A stretch of DNA of 64,000 nucleotides, taken from NCBI GenBank assembly GCA_049724395.1, contig JAUGWO010000013.1, positions 1 to 64,000 on the forward strand, written 5' to 3'. The translations under genes were made by a program, and so were the position numbers. Below the pieces are notes generated by a model that saw only the letters and a list, made by a program, of their open reading frames with translations, did no database searches and had not been told where the DNA came from. This DNA is from Spongospora subterranea f. sp. subterranea. Lineage: Eukaryota. This document shows positions 24,996 to 38,564 of the stretch, piece by piece (the first letter of the stretch is position 1; each line of letters begins with the position of its first letter).

Positions 24996-26013
24996 TTATC
25001 TTCTTGGAATGTGATATCCATGTGCAAATGCGAGGGCATAACATGGCTTGCGTGTCGCAACTTGAAGCTCGGTGACGTTGAGCAATGTCCCGCCGAGGCA
25101 TCCGATTACTATCGAATCAGTGTTTTTATCGTAAACCATTTCACCAGGGTCTAATAAACAATCTGGTGTTGAATTCTGATCAAATTTCAGCATTAACAAC
25201 ATCAGCCTCTTATTCCTCCAATTGCAATGAACAACCATGTTTCCGAACAGCGCACGCCAAATGGTGCCAATTCGACGCGCGTCCATTGAGCAAAAGTCGA
25301 CATATGCATCTGATTTTTTAAGTTTCGGTGCTGATCGTGGCAAAGCACCGGAAAACACCTGGGGCATGCAGTTCTGCCTCGCCAAGGGGACATTGGCAAC
25401 AATATTAAGTAAAAGATCGGAACCCAGAGATCCCAGCCTGTCGCGGAGCGACGTAAACGTATCTGTTGGAGAAATATGGGTTCTAGTTTGTCCCAATATG
25501 CATCCAGAATCAACACGATCAGGGTCCACATCGATAACGCAGACAGCTGTGTCCTGATCGCCATTTAGGAGAGCAGACTGGATTGGAGATGCTCCACGAT
25601 ATGCAGGAAGTAGGGACGGGTGAACCTGACCGTTAAGTGTTTCGTTAGTTAACTGGCACCACCACAATGAACAACTAAACAAGTACGTTTATCATGCCGA
25701 GCGGAAACCGGCGAATAACCCTCTCTGGAATCTTGAATCCAAAACTGACCACAACCCCAAGAGCGAAATTTCCCTCGGGCAATGCCCAATTGGTCATTCG
25801 AAAATCGGTTTTCGCCTCATGGATCGCCAGTCCATGCTCTGACGCAAATGCGGCAACAGGCAACGACTTATCAGAAGAAGGCGCAACAACATTTCCCACA
25901 TGAACACTGCCACACGCAACGAGCGCCCTGAGATGTTGCACTGCGAACACGTCGGAACCGAAAAACAGCACTTCAGTCCGAGATGAAAATGATCGACGCC
26001 AAACACCCAACAT
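24996..26013 (-). CDS. MTFMT: Mitochondrial methionyl-tRNA formyltransferase
   Basis: Presequence-like N-terminus, FFGSDVFA, GVVVSFG, GMINV|HPSLLPAYRGASPIQ, APKLKK; one intron. Confidence 0.93.
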
Positions 26014-26267
26014 AAAATTCCGGCAAACTCATCCGGTAATGAGCCGCACTGTCCAGGCACCACTGTATCGTAATGCTTACGATTCGTGACAAGTCGTCAA
26101 TTGTTACCGACCTCCTGCCGTCAATATCAACGATCCGCAACGCGCAGTTTCCGCCTATTGCAGTTAACGTTAAAGGCCCTGAGGCTGTCCTGGACGCCTG
26201 TCGCCTTTCGTTTCTGGATTTAAGGTTTGTGTTCATTTGCCATCATTGTTGCCCCAGCCGGGGAATA

Positions 26268-27673
26268 ATGAAGCTAAGATCTGTGGTTGTAACTGGTATG
26301 GGGATTGAATCGGCATTCGGGTCTGATTTGCGTTCATTTTGGTCCAGCATTGTTGCTGGAAAATCGAATATGAGGTGGGATATTGCAGCAATTCATCGGC
26401 GCCGTTGTTCAGTTGATTATCAGGAATATTGTAGGTCTGGATCCATCTGTCGGTACCAAACTGCCTTGTACCGTTGTATCGCAAATAACGGATGATGCTG
26501 CGACAAACATGGCCAAGTCTGCCGAAATTCGCCGGCAACCTAGATTTATTCGGCTTGCCGTTTCTGCAGCAGAAAATGCCTATCGTGATGCCGGCCTAAT
26601 GCTTTCGCCACTGAAACAAAACCAAAGATGCGGTGTTAGTGTTGGAGTTGGTATGGCGTCGTTGGAAACACTATTCGATGCAGTTCACACTTTAGAGTCA
26701 AGGGGTCCCAGGCGATTATCTCCATACACCGTAGATTTTTCTCTATCGACTGTTTTTTATAGGAAATTGATATATGCTCAGGTTCCCAACCTTCTAATCA
26801 ATATGGCTAGCGCACACGTTAGTATGCGCTTAAACCTCCTCGGGCCTTCGTTATCGCCAAGTACAGCTTGTACAAGTGGGGCGCATGCAATTGGCGATGC
26901 AGCCAGAATGATCATGTGTGGATCTGCTGATACAATGGTTGCCGGTGGTTCAGAATCACTTGTATGCACCAGCTTGCATTAGCTGGGTTTTCGCAATGTA
27001 AAGCATTATCAACGGAAAAACAACCTGAAAAAGCATCTCGACCTTGGTCCAAATCGCGATCAGGCTTTGTTATGGTAGCGAGCGGATTGGGATAAGGCGA
27101 GCAGTTCAATGCTGACTGTTTTCCAGGCTGAGGGAGCTGCAATGCTTGTTTTAGAGGAGGAAGAGATTGCCCGCGCTCGTGGTGCTAGAATATATGCTCG
27201 ATTATCAGGATATGGGCTGTCGTCTGATGCCTGGCACATAACTGCTCCATGTCCTGATGGCCGCGGCGCCGAACTTTGTATGAAATCTGCTCTTCGAGAC
27301 GCGAATTTGAGCCCCGATGAAGTTGATTATTTGAACGCGCATGCGACGTCAACATTAATCGGCGACCTAGCTGAGGCTAAAGCAATCTCTACCGTGTTTC
27401 AACACCATGCACTGCAAATGCCCATATCTTCCACAAAAGGACAAACTGGGCACTTATTAGGAGCTGCAGGGGCACTGGAGGCTGTGATATCTATTCTCTC
27501 CATCAAAACAGGGAATTGTACCTCCCAATGTTAATCTGAATGATCCAGATCCGTCATTGCCGCAACTGCATCTACCAACCAGCGCACTGCTGAACTGTCC
27601 AGTAAGAATTGTTATGACGAATTCGTTTGGGTTTGGCGGAACCAATGCGTCACTAATTTTCGCTTCCGTCTAA
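26268..27673 (+). CDS. OXSM: 3-oxoacyl-ACP synthase (FabF/mitochondrial KAS type), multi-exon
   Basis: [70 protein letters not shown]; small indels near 26959 and 27511. Confidence 0.93.
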
Positions 27674-28066
27674 GACCCACTTTTTCCATCAACCATGTTT
27701 GTCTTTGTCAACCACTGCACCATGCCTTCACGTTTCTACCAACTGGAAATTATTAAGCCGAAGATAATCACCTCAATGAATTTTCCCCAATATCAATTCA
27801 CCAATCAAAGAATTCCCGCGCTGATGGTCCTGTTATAGCTACTGTAGTCTTTTTATTCTTGACGAACCCCAGGGCCTCGCTCAGCCAGGCCCATACTGAT
27901 CGGGTCAGTCCATGGGTGATGACTGGCCCGCCCAAGGAAGTGGCGACAGAAAGTGAGAGTGTGCCGATCCCTTCCCTGGTCGCTTGCCCGTGCCATCATC
28001 TCTGCAGTGTTCACTGGACTTAACCTGGTAGCTTAACTCCGTGGCTCTGTCAGACGATACATCTCG

Positions 28067-29095
28067 ATGAAGTCGTCGTTAGACGGCTGGCTCGAGAAAC
28101 TCATGCGATGTGAATATCTACCTGAGGATGATGTGCGGGTGCTGTGTTTGCAAGTAAAGGCAATGCTGATTGAGGAATCGAATGTCCAACCAGTTCAAAG
28201 CCCGGTTACAGTCTGCGGGGACATACATGGCCAGTTTTTCGACTTGTTGGAGTTGTTCAGGAAAGGGGGGTTTGTGCCAAACACAAGGTATATATTCATG
28301 GGGGATTTCGTCGATCGGGGACACCATTCTGTCGAGACACTACAGCTATTGCTGGTGTTGAAAGCGCGTTATCCAGAGTGTGTGACTCTGTTACGAGGCA
28401 ATCACGAATCGCGTCAAGTAACCCAAGTGTATGGGTTTTATCAAGAATGCCTAAGGAAGTACGGGAATGCCAATACGTGGAGATTTTGTACGGATCTCTT
28501 CGACTACTTTAGCCTTGCGGCTATAATTGATGGGCGTAAGATTAAATGTAGTTATTCGGAAATATATTTGATGCTGACAAATGGATGGAAGGGATTTTTT
28601 GTGTTCACGGTGGATTGTCTCCAGATATAATGAGCATTGATCAGATGAGGTTGCTGCATCGTGTTCAGGAGATTCCTCATTCAGGAGCATTTTGCGATTT
28701 GATGTGGTCCGATCCAGATGACATTGACACGTGGGCTATGTCACCGCGAGGGGCCGGCTGGGTCTTCGGTTCGAGCGTCACGAAGCAGTTCAATGCATAT
28801 AACCGAGTTGACTTGATATGTCGCGCTCATCAACTCGTACAGGAAGGGTTTCAATATATGTTCCCCGAAAAGAGCCTTATCACCGTCTGGAGCGCACCAA
28901 AGTATGATTTTGTGGAAATATTCAATTATATACACCTGATGATTGCATTTTTCCAGCTATTGTTATAGATGCGGAAATGTCGCGTCAATATTGTCGTTCG
29001 ACGAGCATTTGGACCGAGAGATAATTTTATTCCGAGACACACCAGAGAGTGCTAGCCATGTACCTGATCGTGCAGCTGCCTCTTACTTTTATTGA
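28067..29095 (+). CDS. PPP6C: Ser/Thr protein phosphatase 6 (Sit4-like) catalytic subunit, 3 exons
   Basis: [54 protein letters not shown]. Confidence 0.9.
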
Positions 29096-29198
29096 CTTTG
29101 TTCATGTTTTTTATTAAATACAATTGAAATTATTTTTTTTATTATGCCCAGCAAAAACGTAGGTTTTGCTTAAGCAGCTAATTCGGGCAAGCGATTGC

Positions 29199-32126
29199 TT
29201 AGCTCAATCCGGCTTCTTTCGTCATAGCAGCGAAATACCCATTATAGTTGATGCGCAATATTAACTGGAATTTACGGATTATATACCCTAAATTGTTGAA
29301 ACGATCGCGGATAGAAACGCTTACCTGTGCGAGATGAGGAGCCGAATAATGACCAGATTTGGTAGATATGACAGAAAAAAGGAAGCACGATTCTCGATGA
29401 AACATTGATTCAATGACATGCAATTGCGTTGTCTGAGGTTTGGAGGCTAACGATAACTCTAAGTACTTGCAGAAGTCCATGCAGACGTCAAACACATGCT
29501 CTAGCGCGCGCATGACAACTCTTCCCCTCAAAAAACACTGCTGCCCTAAATTTGCAAGATAACTGCACAGCATATTAGCACCGGCGAACCTGAGAACACA
29601 GGAAGGGCGTACTGATCATGTGCTGTTCGAATGGAGTCAAAATCTTTAGAAGCTTGGATTGATTGCAACATTTTAGAATATTGAGCCTCGATTACATCAA
29701 CGTTCAAATAAATTTGGAGATTGTCAAGTAAAAATTGCATCCGAGACCTCAATAAAGTAGTTCGATGATGCGTCGAAGTAGATTCTGCACAAAGGTTAGG
29801 CTGCAAAACAAAAACAGATGCAATGCGTACTTGAGGTCATGGTCCACGCTCGGCGCAGATGCCAATGAACTGTTTTGACTCGTAAAAGAAATGTGAATAA
29901 ATCGGAATATCTATCTATCTCTTGAACTCCAATCATCAAGTTGACCCCCTTCGGCGTCTGAAAGCCTGTTAGCAAGAGAAACAGATATCCACAGTTGTTG
30001 TAGGACCTCATACTGCAATGAAAGACACAGAGATGATACCGTTGGGTCGCCAGACTGTTGCAACGAAAAAGACCGAGCAATTAGATCCGTTTCGCTAGTC
30101 CCCAAACATTCGCCCGTTAGACCTACGAAAGCCCTATTGCCCAGAATACGAAAGGCTTTCAAAACTGACTCCCCTGGCAATTCAAATACAGCATCATCTA
30201 CAGCAATTTGTGTTAGAAAAACGAGACGTATAGAGTACACAATGCTACCGTTAATCCGGATGACAACTGATGGGGAAACGTCGTCACGAGCGAAAGGAAC
30301 CCAGGTTACAGAAACCGGATGTTCGAACCCATCGTTGATCTTAACGGTATCGATACGAAGTTTATACACTTCCGAATTCAAAGCGCGTATGGAGATAGAA
30401 ACTGCACTCGGGTCTGCTGAAGCGCATCCAAAAGTGAAAGACACGGAAGGATACATGTTCTGGCTCAAAGTAAGTGGCAAGAAATATTTTTGAAAAGACA
30501 AAATACGTACGTCCCCACATGCGTCAAGGCTGTTATTCTGAAAAACCAAGGATACACTAGCTGAACCTCTAAGAGAGATGGTAAACGCGGCAATAAACCC
30601 TTCATCGATAGTCCAACGATCGTTCTGCCATATTGCCGACGGTGCTGATGTCGATCTACGAATTGCACAAATCAGAGCCAAAAAATCTAAAAGCGCCAAT
30701 TGATTTTTAACCGTTCCAATTCTGAGAACTCCGCGAGTAAAATCCCCGCCTTGCTTGGAAGATGTTTTGCTGAGCCGCAAAGAATAATATTTTTGGATAA
30801 TGACCTGAAGTTGACATCACAAGAGATTGGCCGGACGCAAAGTCGGAACCTGAAAGTAACCTTTATCACATTGCGTAAATCTGTGATTCGGTTTTACCTT
30901 TGAAATGAAAGGGACTCGTCCATCTGAAATTTACTTGCGGCAATAAGAAAAGCGGACCGGGCCACGTCTAAATCAGTTTTGCTATTCATCGGAGTCAAGC
31001 GGAGAAGATTTTCACCATAATTAACGATGAATTCTTCATAAAACGCGCCATTAGCCAGAAAGAAGAACGATTTTAGATCCATCAAATGGTTTTCAAGATG
31101 TTCTTCTTCGACGACCCGCTCCCATAACTCTTGCGCTGCCTATACAAAGAATCAACGGGGGTTTGAAGCGAAACATCAACACTCAACCTGCTTTCTTAAA
31201 GCCTCTATCTTCATATAGAACTCATCTCTGTCGAAAGCCTGGCACAAATTTAATTGCTTGTGCCGTTCAACATTCATTGATTGGGTTTTCATTGGTTCGG
31301 TTCGAGAAACGTGCTGAGCCTTGCCGACAAATAAGATTGACGAACATGTTTCAGACGAGATATAGGTTGTAGGAAGCATGCAAGATCGAAATGTATAAGA
31401 AGAATTCCTATTTGCAAACCCTACAATAAGAAACGTGTGTTTCGACTTCGCAATAGTGTGTACCATTGCGAAACAGCAGAGGGATTATGCTGGATGAAAA
31501 ATTCTCGGAATGGATCAGCAATGATCCCATATGATAGCCATGCGGCGATTTGCTGGACTAAAACAGGATCCACATAATCGCGTATCACACTGCACATTGA
31601 TGCATCAATTCAAACAACGATCACAATAAATGGTGAAAAGTTCTTACGTTTTCATGGCAGTTTGCACAAAGGGAATACCGCTTTGGCTGTGACAAAGCAT
31701 TCGATCAAGAATATGAGCTCCTCTCGCACCCTTGGTATAGATATCTTCAATGAGGGATACAAAAGCGGGAATTATCAGCTCATGCTCACTAAGTAGCACG
31801 CGTAAACGGGTTAGTGGAACCATGAACGGCGTCTGTTGGTTATCAATCCGCTTTTCCCGTTGCAATCGAAATTCCTTATATGCGTCTTGAAGCGTTTCGT
31901 CATAAGGATTGAGCACAACTTCCTGAATCCCACGCCGCAATGCAGCTAAATAGATGCCATCGTCGTTCTGACCGATGAACGTTTGCAGTGTTTTAACTGG
32001 AACTGACACGGCAATGAACGGTGCCAGGGATTGCTGATGTGGAAATTTGAGACCCGACAACAGAAGCCCAGACGAGGTTAACGACGACTGATTTCCCGAT
32101 AGACAGCATATCACTTCTTCTAGCAT
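29199..32126 (-). CDS. TUBGCP4: Gamma-tubulin complex component 4 with a large internal insertion, multi-exon
   Basis: N-term MLEEVICCLSG; DLKSFFFLANGAFYEEFI; YSDLFTFLLRVK; MQFLLDNLQIYLNVDVIEAQYS; DFDSIRTAHD; C-term PHLAQ|LILRINYNGYF. Confidence 0.85.
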
Positions 32127-32251
32127 TAGAGGGAATGACTGATATCATGATACGACACACGATAGATAGGTCCTCCTGTTACAGCTGTACTGTACGGACA
32201 TCTTGACTGAGCTTGTATCGTTTGCATCATTCGCAAATCTTTGAACTGTCA

Positions 32252-32401
32252 ACTTTGCAAACAATCACTTTGCAAACAATCACTTTGCAAACAATCACTT
32301 TGCAAACAATCACTTTGCAAACAATCACTTTGCAAACAATCACTTTGCAAACAATCACTTTGCAAACAATCACTTTGCAAACAATCACTTTGCAAACAAT
32401 C
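32252..32401. repeat. Minisatellite, 15-bp unit actttgcaaacaatc x10 (perfect)
   Basis: Direct reading of the sequence. Confidence 0.98.
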
Positions 32402-32730
32402 CCATCAGCTAGGTAACTCCTTCCAACGCGGTTGGATTGATGAAATCTGAGCAGTACCGACCGCAATGGTAACTGGAATAGGTATACGCTTTTGGTCTGT
32501 TGGCTATAGAAGTAATTCGATCAACCCGAGTCTCAAGGTTCCCCACCCTAAGTCGCTTTGTACGTGCACTTTAATTGGAGTGTAGAAGAAATATCTGACA
32601 TGGCAATCGTCGATTTGTGACGATCATGTGTGAAGACATGTCATTTTGCTGTCAGGCCACGATCAACTTCGTACTCGCTCAGATTAACCAAGGTTGGAAT
32701 ACCTGATACTGTTCTGGGGTCGGGGCCGCA

Positions 32731-35700
32731 ATGGCCGACTCCATTAATGGTATTCCCACGATCCCTGACAATTTTGTATATAATGACGACAGTCTTGTCC
32801 GAACATACCTTCCCAATGAATTGTCCAACATGTGCAGCGTTTTACATGGAGTTTTGGGCGCTCGAAGCGCCAAACGTGCAAACCTTCACATCCTGCGAGA
32901 ACCGGACACAATCGCCTTCACTGCTGGAAATGTTGTCGTACTTCATCCATTAGATGGTGCGGAACGTCGATACATATTTGGGCACGGTGCTTCGATTGGT
33001 TGCATTGCTGTCGTAAATCCAGATGGCAATAAGATCGCGGTTGGAGAATGTGGTCATCAGCCGATGATCATTATCTACTCGTGGCCGACAATCAGCATTC
33101 TTCGCGTCCTAAGAAACGGTTCAGAACGAATTTATAGTGATTTAGCCTGGGATCCGGATGGGTCCAAACTAGCTTCTGTAGGCGGCGACCCCGACTTCCT
33201 TCTCATTCTTTGGAATTGGTCCGAAGAACGGATAGTCCTTCGCAATAAAGCGTTCTCACAAGAGGTATTCCGAGTTCATTTTTCTCGGTTCTTTCCAGGT
33301 CGCCTTATAACATCTGGAACCGGTCATATCCGATTTTGGAACATGGCTCGCACGTTCACTGGGATGAAACTACAAGGCAATATTGGCAAATTTGGAAACG
33401 TCGAGCTGACAGATGTGGCGGCCATTGGCCAACTTCCCGATGGGAAAATCGTTTCGGGAACCGAAACTGGGGACCTTCTCCTCTGGGAGGATAATCTGAT
33501 TCAGTTCATCATTGTGAAGCCAGATAATGAACCGTGTCACAAAGGGACCATTGAATACATCAATATCGATGCAAATACCAATATGATGATGACGGCCGGT
33601 CGTGATGGCGTTATTAATCAATGGGATATCTCCGGTCTCGCGTATCCCGACGTTCACGATTCCGATCAATACTTTCGATTGGCTCCTGTTAGATCGTGGG
33701 AGCTTGGTTCTGTCAGCATCATTAGTCTAGGGAGTCATCCAGACGGACAATGGATTGTTCAAGACGGCCATGGCGCTATAAGGATTTGTTCTTTGAGCGA
33801 TGAAGGCGGGCCGGTAACCTCAAAGGCGATAGTGGAATATCATGCTGGAGCGATCAATGCTGTGGCAATATCCCCTACCGGTTATATTATGGTCAGTGCT
33901 GGCCAGGATGGCACTATTCGCTCTTGGGATATTCTCACTAGTCAGATTCGATTCACTCGCCGTTTTGACAATGCAGGTCGAGTGTAATCTGATATTTGCA
34001 TCCAGGTTTTCGTTGTTTCGGTTCTCTTTTTTGTTTCCATATTAATGAATAATCTACCTAACAACGACGATATAGGAGCGATTACATCGCTGATTTGGGG
34101 GCCTGCAGAGCTTAAACCTGAACGAGATCTGATCATCTTGGGTTTTGGAGATGGAACGGTTCGGTTGGTCACTCACCATCTGAATGGGTTCCAACTAGTT
34201 CATGTGATGAAACCGCATCGCTCTGCGATAACTTCATTGGCGATATCACCTAATGGGTCATATCTGGTCACTGCAGCAGCAGACTCGACCGTTTTTTTTT
34301 TCAAATGCTGTCAACGCCATCGCCTATAGGCTACATCAATGTGATTGAAGGGATTCCTACCTCATTGGATATCAACCCTAGAAACCCGAGCGTTCTAGTG
34401 ATGGTTGTTTCTCATGAAATCATTTACCTTGAAATCCCCAAACCTGGAGAACATGAAACCAATATTTCGTATTTGCTCCCCATATCGTATTCTAAAATCA
34501 TCCCAAATCTTGCTGGAATTGTTTCTGACAAGCGAGCAAGAATCTTGCAGGCTGAATCGGCCGATACACGAAAATCGTCCACAGAAGCCAACGAGACGAC
34601 AGCAGTGGAAAGCCCCATCGCCGACGATATTCACCCAATCGCATTGGAAGTTGCTGTCCCAAAAAAAACCGACTGTCGGACTCGTGAAGTTTTTGGCCAA
34701 CGGCAACCTTTATATCTGTTTTGATGGAGATGAATATGGTTCTATGATATTCATATCTGAGGTGCGACCAGATAGTCTGGTGGCGGTGTCGTATCTGGAG
34801 CTGATCGGAACTGGACCTGTTTCATCACTCACGTATGACCACAATCTGGTCATCGTATCGCTTATGGATGGGTCGGTCGAGATCAGGAAGGCAGACGATT
34901 TCAATAGCGACGGAGGCGTTATGAGAATTCTTGGCCATGATCGAGGGTCGGTCCATCATAGTATCAGTCGCGACCAGAGATTGTTGGTTTCTGGTGGAGT
35001 TGATGGTAATCTGCACGTTTATCGGATTGGATTAGATCAGGCAATCGAGTTCCACCGATTGAAAATTCCAGATCCGGAAATTGGCATGGAACGAGTGGAA
35101 GATATTGTCGGGGAATTACCTGATCCAGTACCGGATACGGAAACCATGATGACGTCAACAGAACCGATTGATATTACAGATTCGGCGGCTTATTCATTCG
35201 AAGAGGCCAAAGAATTAAAACAGGGAAAAGATAACGAACGGATGGCGGCTGACGCAAAAAAAAGAGTCGTTCGCGAACAAATCGCCCAGATTCGTGCTGA
35301 ATTCTCAGATTTCAAAGCCAAATGCAAGGCGGAGGGTGTTAAAATCGATCTCAATATTGATACGAAACTGGTGACGCGTCTTCAGGCGCAAACAGAGATG
35401 GAGATTGATCAAACCAGGAAAGAAATGGCTTGGCAAAGTGAGTTCTTTGCGGTCGCTTTAAGAAAATTACGGGAACGGTATTTTAATCATATACTGGTGG
35501 AGCGAATCGAATTACACTGTTTGAGACGGCCATCAATGGTGACCACATTTAGGACAGCGGAACTACCGCCAAAGGTCAAGGAGGGAATCGCCACGGTGCG
35601 ACAGATTATCGCCACTCAAACTAAAGAAGATGATCGGCACTCGATGAAAGCCATTGTTAAATTGGCAGGATCGAGATCGACTAACGACGATCGGTCATCG

Positions 35701-38442
35701 AACAGAGCTCATGGTCCTATTGTGGCTGATCACAGTTCTGCTCATCATGGTGAGTCTCTGCTGACCTCTCAATGAATGTCTCACTGACGAATGGTACAGG
35801 ATCCGGAACAGGAATTACCCGCAAACAAGAACGATTGGCGAGGACAATCAAACGAGCCGAGCTGGAACGTCAAAAACCGTCTGCCAAAGAAGCCCGACCC
35901 GAAGATCTGGAGCTAGTTCGTCAAGCTCAAGAAAACATGGGCGATTACAAGTTAAAATCATCGGATAATTATGTCGTACCATTATCACAACGAGTTAATG
36001 CCGAACAAAAAAAACGACAAATGTTTTTAGTGCAAGAGGGGATCCAATCCATCAAAATGGGATTCAACGAACGATTTCTTGCTCTACGTGATTTGAAGCA
36101 ACGCCTTGTGAATAGAATTCGTCACGATAATCAGCGCATTTACGAACTGAACCTGATTCTGAAGACTGGGGGTGAGCGTGATGATTTGTTTGAACCAGTA
36201 GTGTATCCAGGTGAATGGCCTGAAAATCGGGAGTTGGTCACACCTGCAGACCTGGATAAGTTCTCCCGCGATATGAGACAGCGTCGTGAGCAGGAGCTGT
36301 TGTCGAAAACCGACAATGGATTCGGTGGCGGTGGCACAACAACAATGAAAATTGCTGACGCCATCGAGCCTTCTAAACCGTCGAGCAGCTCATCGGACAG
36401 CGGGTCGGAATCAGACGAGGAGCAAGTTTATGCTGAGGTTGCTGGAGAGAGCGTTAAGCTTCATGCCAGCATGCTGGCTTCCGTGGTCAAATCACCAATG
36501 GAGCGACGACAAGAAGAAGCCGAGAGGCGCCTTCTGATTCACGAAAGAACTGGATTAATCGCAGGAGTCGACAGAGACGTGACAACGTTCGATCGTGCTG
36601 TAGAAGAGATGCGCGCAGAGAAGTTTCGACTTGAAAACGATCTGAAGCAGGCTGAGATCAAGATGATGGTCCTCCATCAGGAGCTGCAACTGCTACGATC
36701 GTTTGACGATAGAGAGGTTTGAAAGATCTTGTGTTTATTGACCACTTTGTTACACCCTCTATGATCGATTGCGTGTTCCTACGAACTGCCCAGGGTTGTT
36801 TTGAATTTTCACATTTATTTTTTCAACATCCAGTGTTGTTCAATTGCTCCTGTTTAGGCGCGGCTCACTGCCTCATTGGAAAAGTCACGAGCCGAAAAAG
36901 CCCAAGTTGTACTGGATTTGACAGTTTGTCAGTCAAAGATCAGTGATAAGCTGAAGGAGATCACCGAATGGCAAGAAAAGGATCAACGTATATCGGCGGA
37001 ATTCCAGTCCATCGTTGGTGGCGATAAAAATCCTGTTTACCCCGCCTTGCTGCGAATATTCCGGAAAAAAGTCAAACGGTCAAAGAAGAAACAGGATGAG
37101 AACGGGGAAGGGAGCAATCATTCTGATATTTCTGATTATGATAGCGATGATGGATATAGTAACGATAGTAATAGTGAAAGTGAAGAAGAGGTAATGGACT
37201 GGGTTATGTAGTCCCAATGTTTGCTTTCTTTCCGAGTTTATGTTAGTAATCTAATTATGATTGTCTGTGCTTAGGAGGATAGTTGCCCAGCTGATTGTGA
37301 GAACGTCACGTACGAACGTGTCTTGGAGCTTCGAGAGCGACGGTTGGATCATGAGGATCAACTTGTTGTGTTCAATCGAGCAGTGGACGAACTCAAAGCG
37401 GGAAATGAGCGACTCATGCTGAGGGAAAAGAGTATCGATAAGGATTTGCGTTCGAATGATGCTGATACCGAATCGTTTCAAAGCGAGAAACAACGTGCTT
37501 TGAATCGGATAGACGTCGTTGTTCCGATCCATCTATCCCAATTTCAATGTATCGCTCCAGGGGAATCAGCTCCACCGGATAATATATCAAGGGCGCTCGT
37601 TTTCACAACGGCGTAAGAATTTATAGAAAACATTTCAATTCCCGTCCATTACGAATCGGCTGAATAGCATGTTTTGTGGTTTGACGTTCTCGTATGGTAT
37701 CTAACTGTTCCTACCTTCACAGAGCTCTAAATCGGTTGCACGAACGCATCCAGGTCTTGCAGAGCGCGAAAGCGACATTACGACATGAACAGAACAGTTT
37801 AAAACAGGAGCACAAGTCGCTCATGCGCGAATTACGGCTAAAGAACGCGGCGATTGAAGTGGAGCGCAAACGCTGTGAAGACGTTCAGTTACTAAAATTC
37901 GGGCGATTGGTTGATATTGAGGAATTAGAATCGGCGTCCTCCAACACAGTTATCGAGGAAATGAACGAGAACCTCGCGAAACTCCAACGTCAATGGGCGA
38001 AGAAGACGTCATCGTTGGAAAAAGAGATACACGAAGCCGAAGAGAATCTCTTCTGTACAAAAACGGAAAATACTCGTCTACTGCAGGTCGTTGCTGCTTT
38101 ACAGATGCAACAATATGAACTTGAAGACACTCTCAATACCGCCTCTGAATCCGTTCATGTCGCCGATGAGTAAGTGTTGTTCTCCCGCTTAAAACTGAGC
38201 TAAATATTTGATATGTTGATAGTAGCGGTAATAATTCAGCACATCAAGTTGATGAGCGCATTAGGCTGATGAAACTAGTCCAAGGGCAGGCCGAGGAAAT
38301 CGATGACCTGAAGGGAGAGCTGGCTATGTTGAAGCGCAAAGGGGGATACCTATATGGACCTGGGCCAGAAATTGAATCTCTCCCTAAACCTATAATCGAC
38401 AGTGATATAACTGATCCACCTGGATTTAGCCCTGCTCCATAG
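32731..38442 (+). CDS. CFAP44: Cilia- and flagella-associated protein 44 (WDR52): WD40 repeats plus long coiled coil, multi-exon
   Basis: RNKAFSQEVF, LITSGTGHIRFWNMARTFTGMKLQGNIGKFG, NMGDYKLKSSDNYVVP, QLLKFGRLVD, MLKRKGG; apparent homopolymer frameshifts at ~34300 and ~34665. Confidence 0.92.
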
Positions 38443-38564
38443 ATGTTCCTAGTAATCAAATACATAATGTTTTGTAATGCGTTTTGATCATATACGGTAC
38501 TGGTAATCTCGATCCATCCACTTACTCTGTCAGAGCTCTAGTGGTTACCGATTTGTCGCTTTGA

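Noticed and set aside
28045..28054. ctctgtcaga just upstream of the PP6 ATG and of the LRR-ankyrin ATG (38525) as a core promoter motif
   Set aside because: Only two good instances; cannot be separated from chance without genome-wide enrichment
32213..32466. ORFs with TITLQ / CKQSL / VIVCK pentapeptide repeats
   Set aside because: By-product of a stop-free 15-bp minisatellite that is open in several frames; no gene structure
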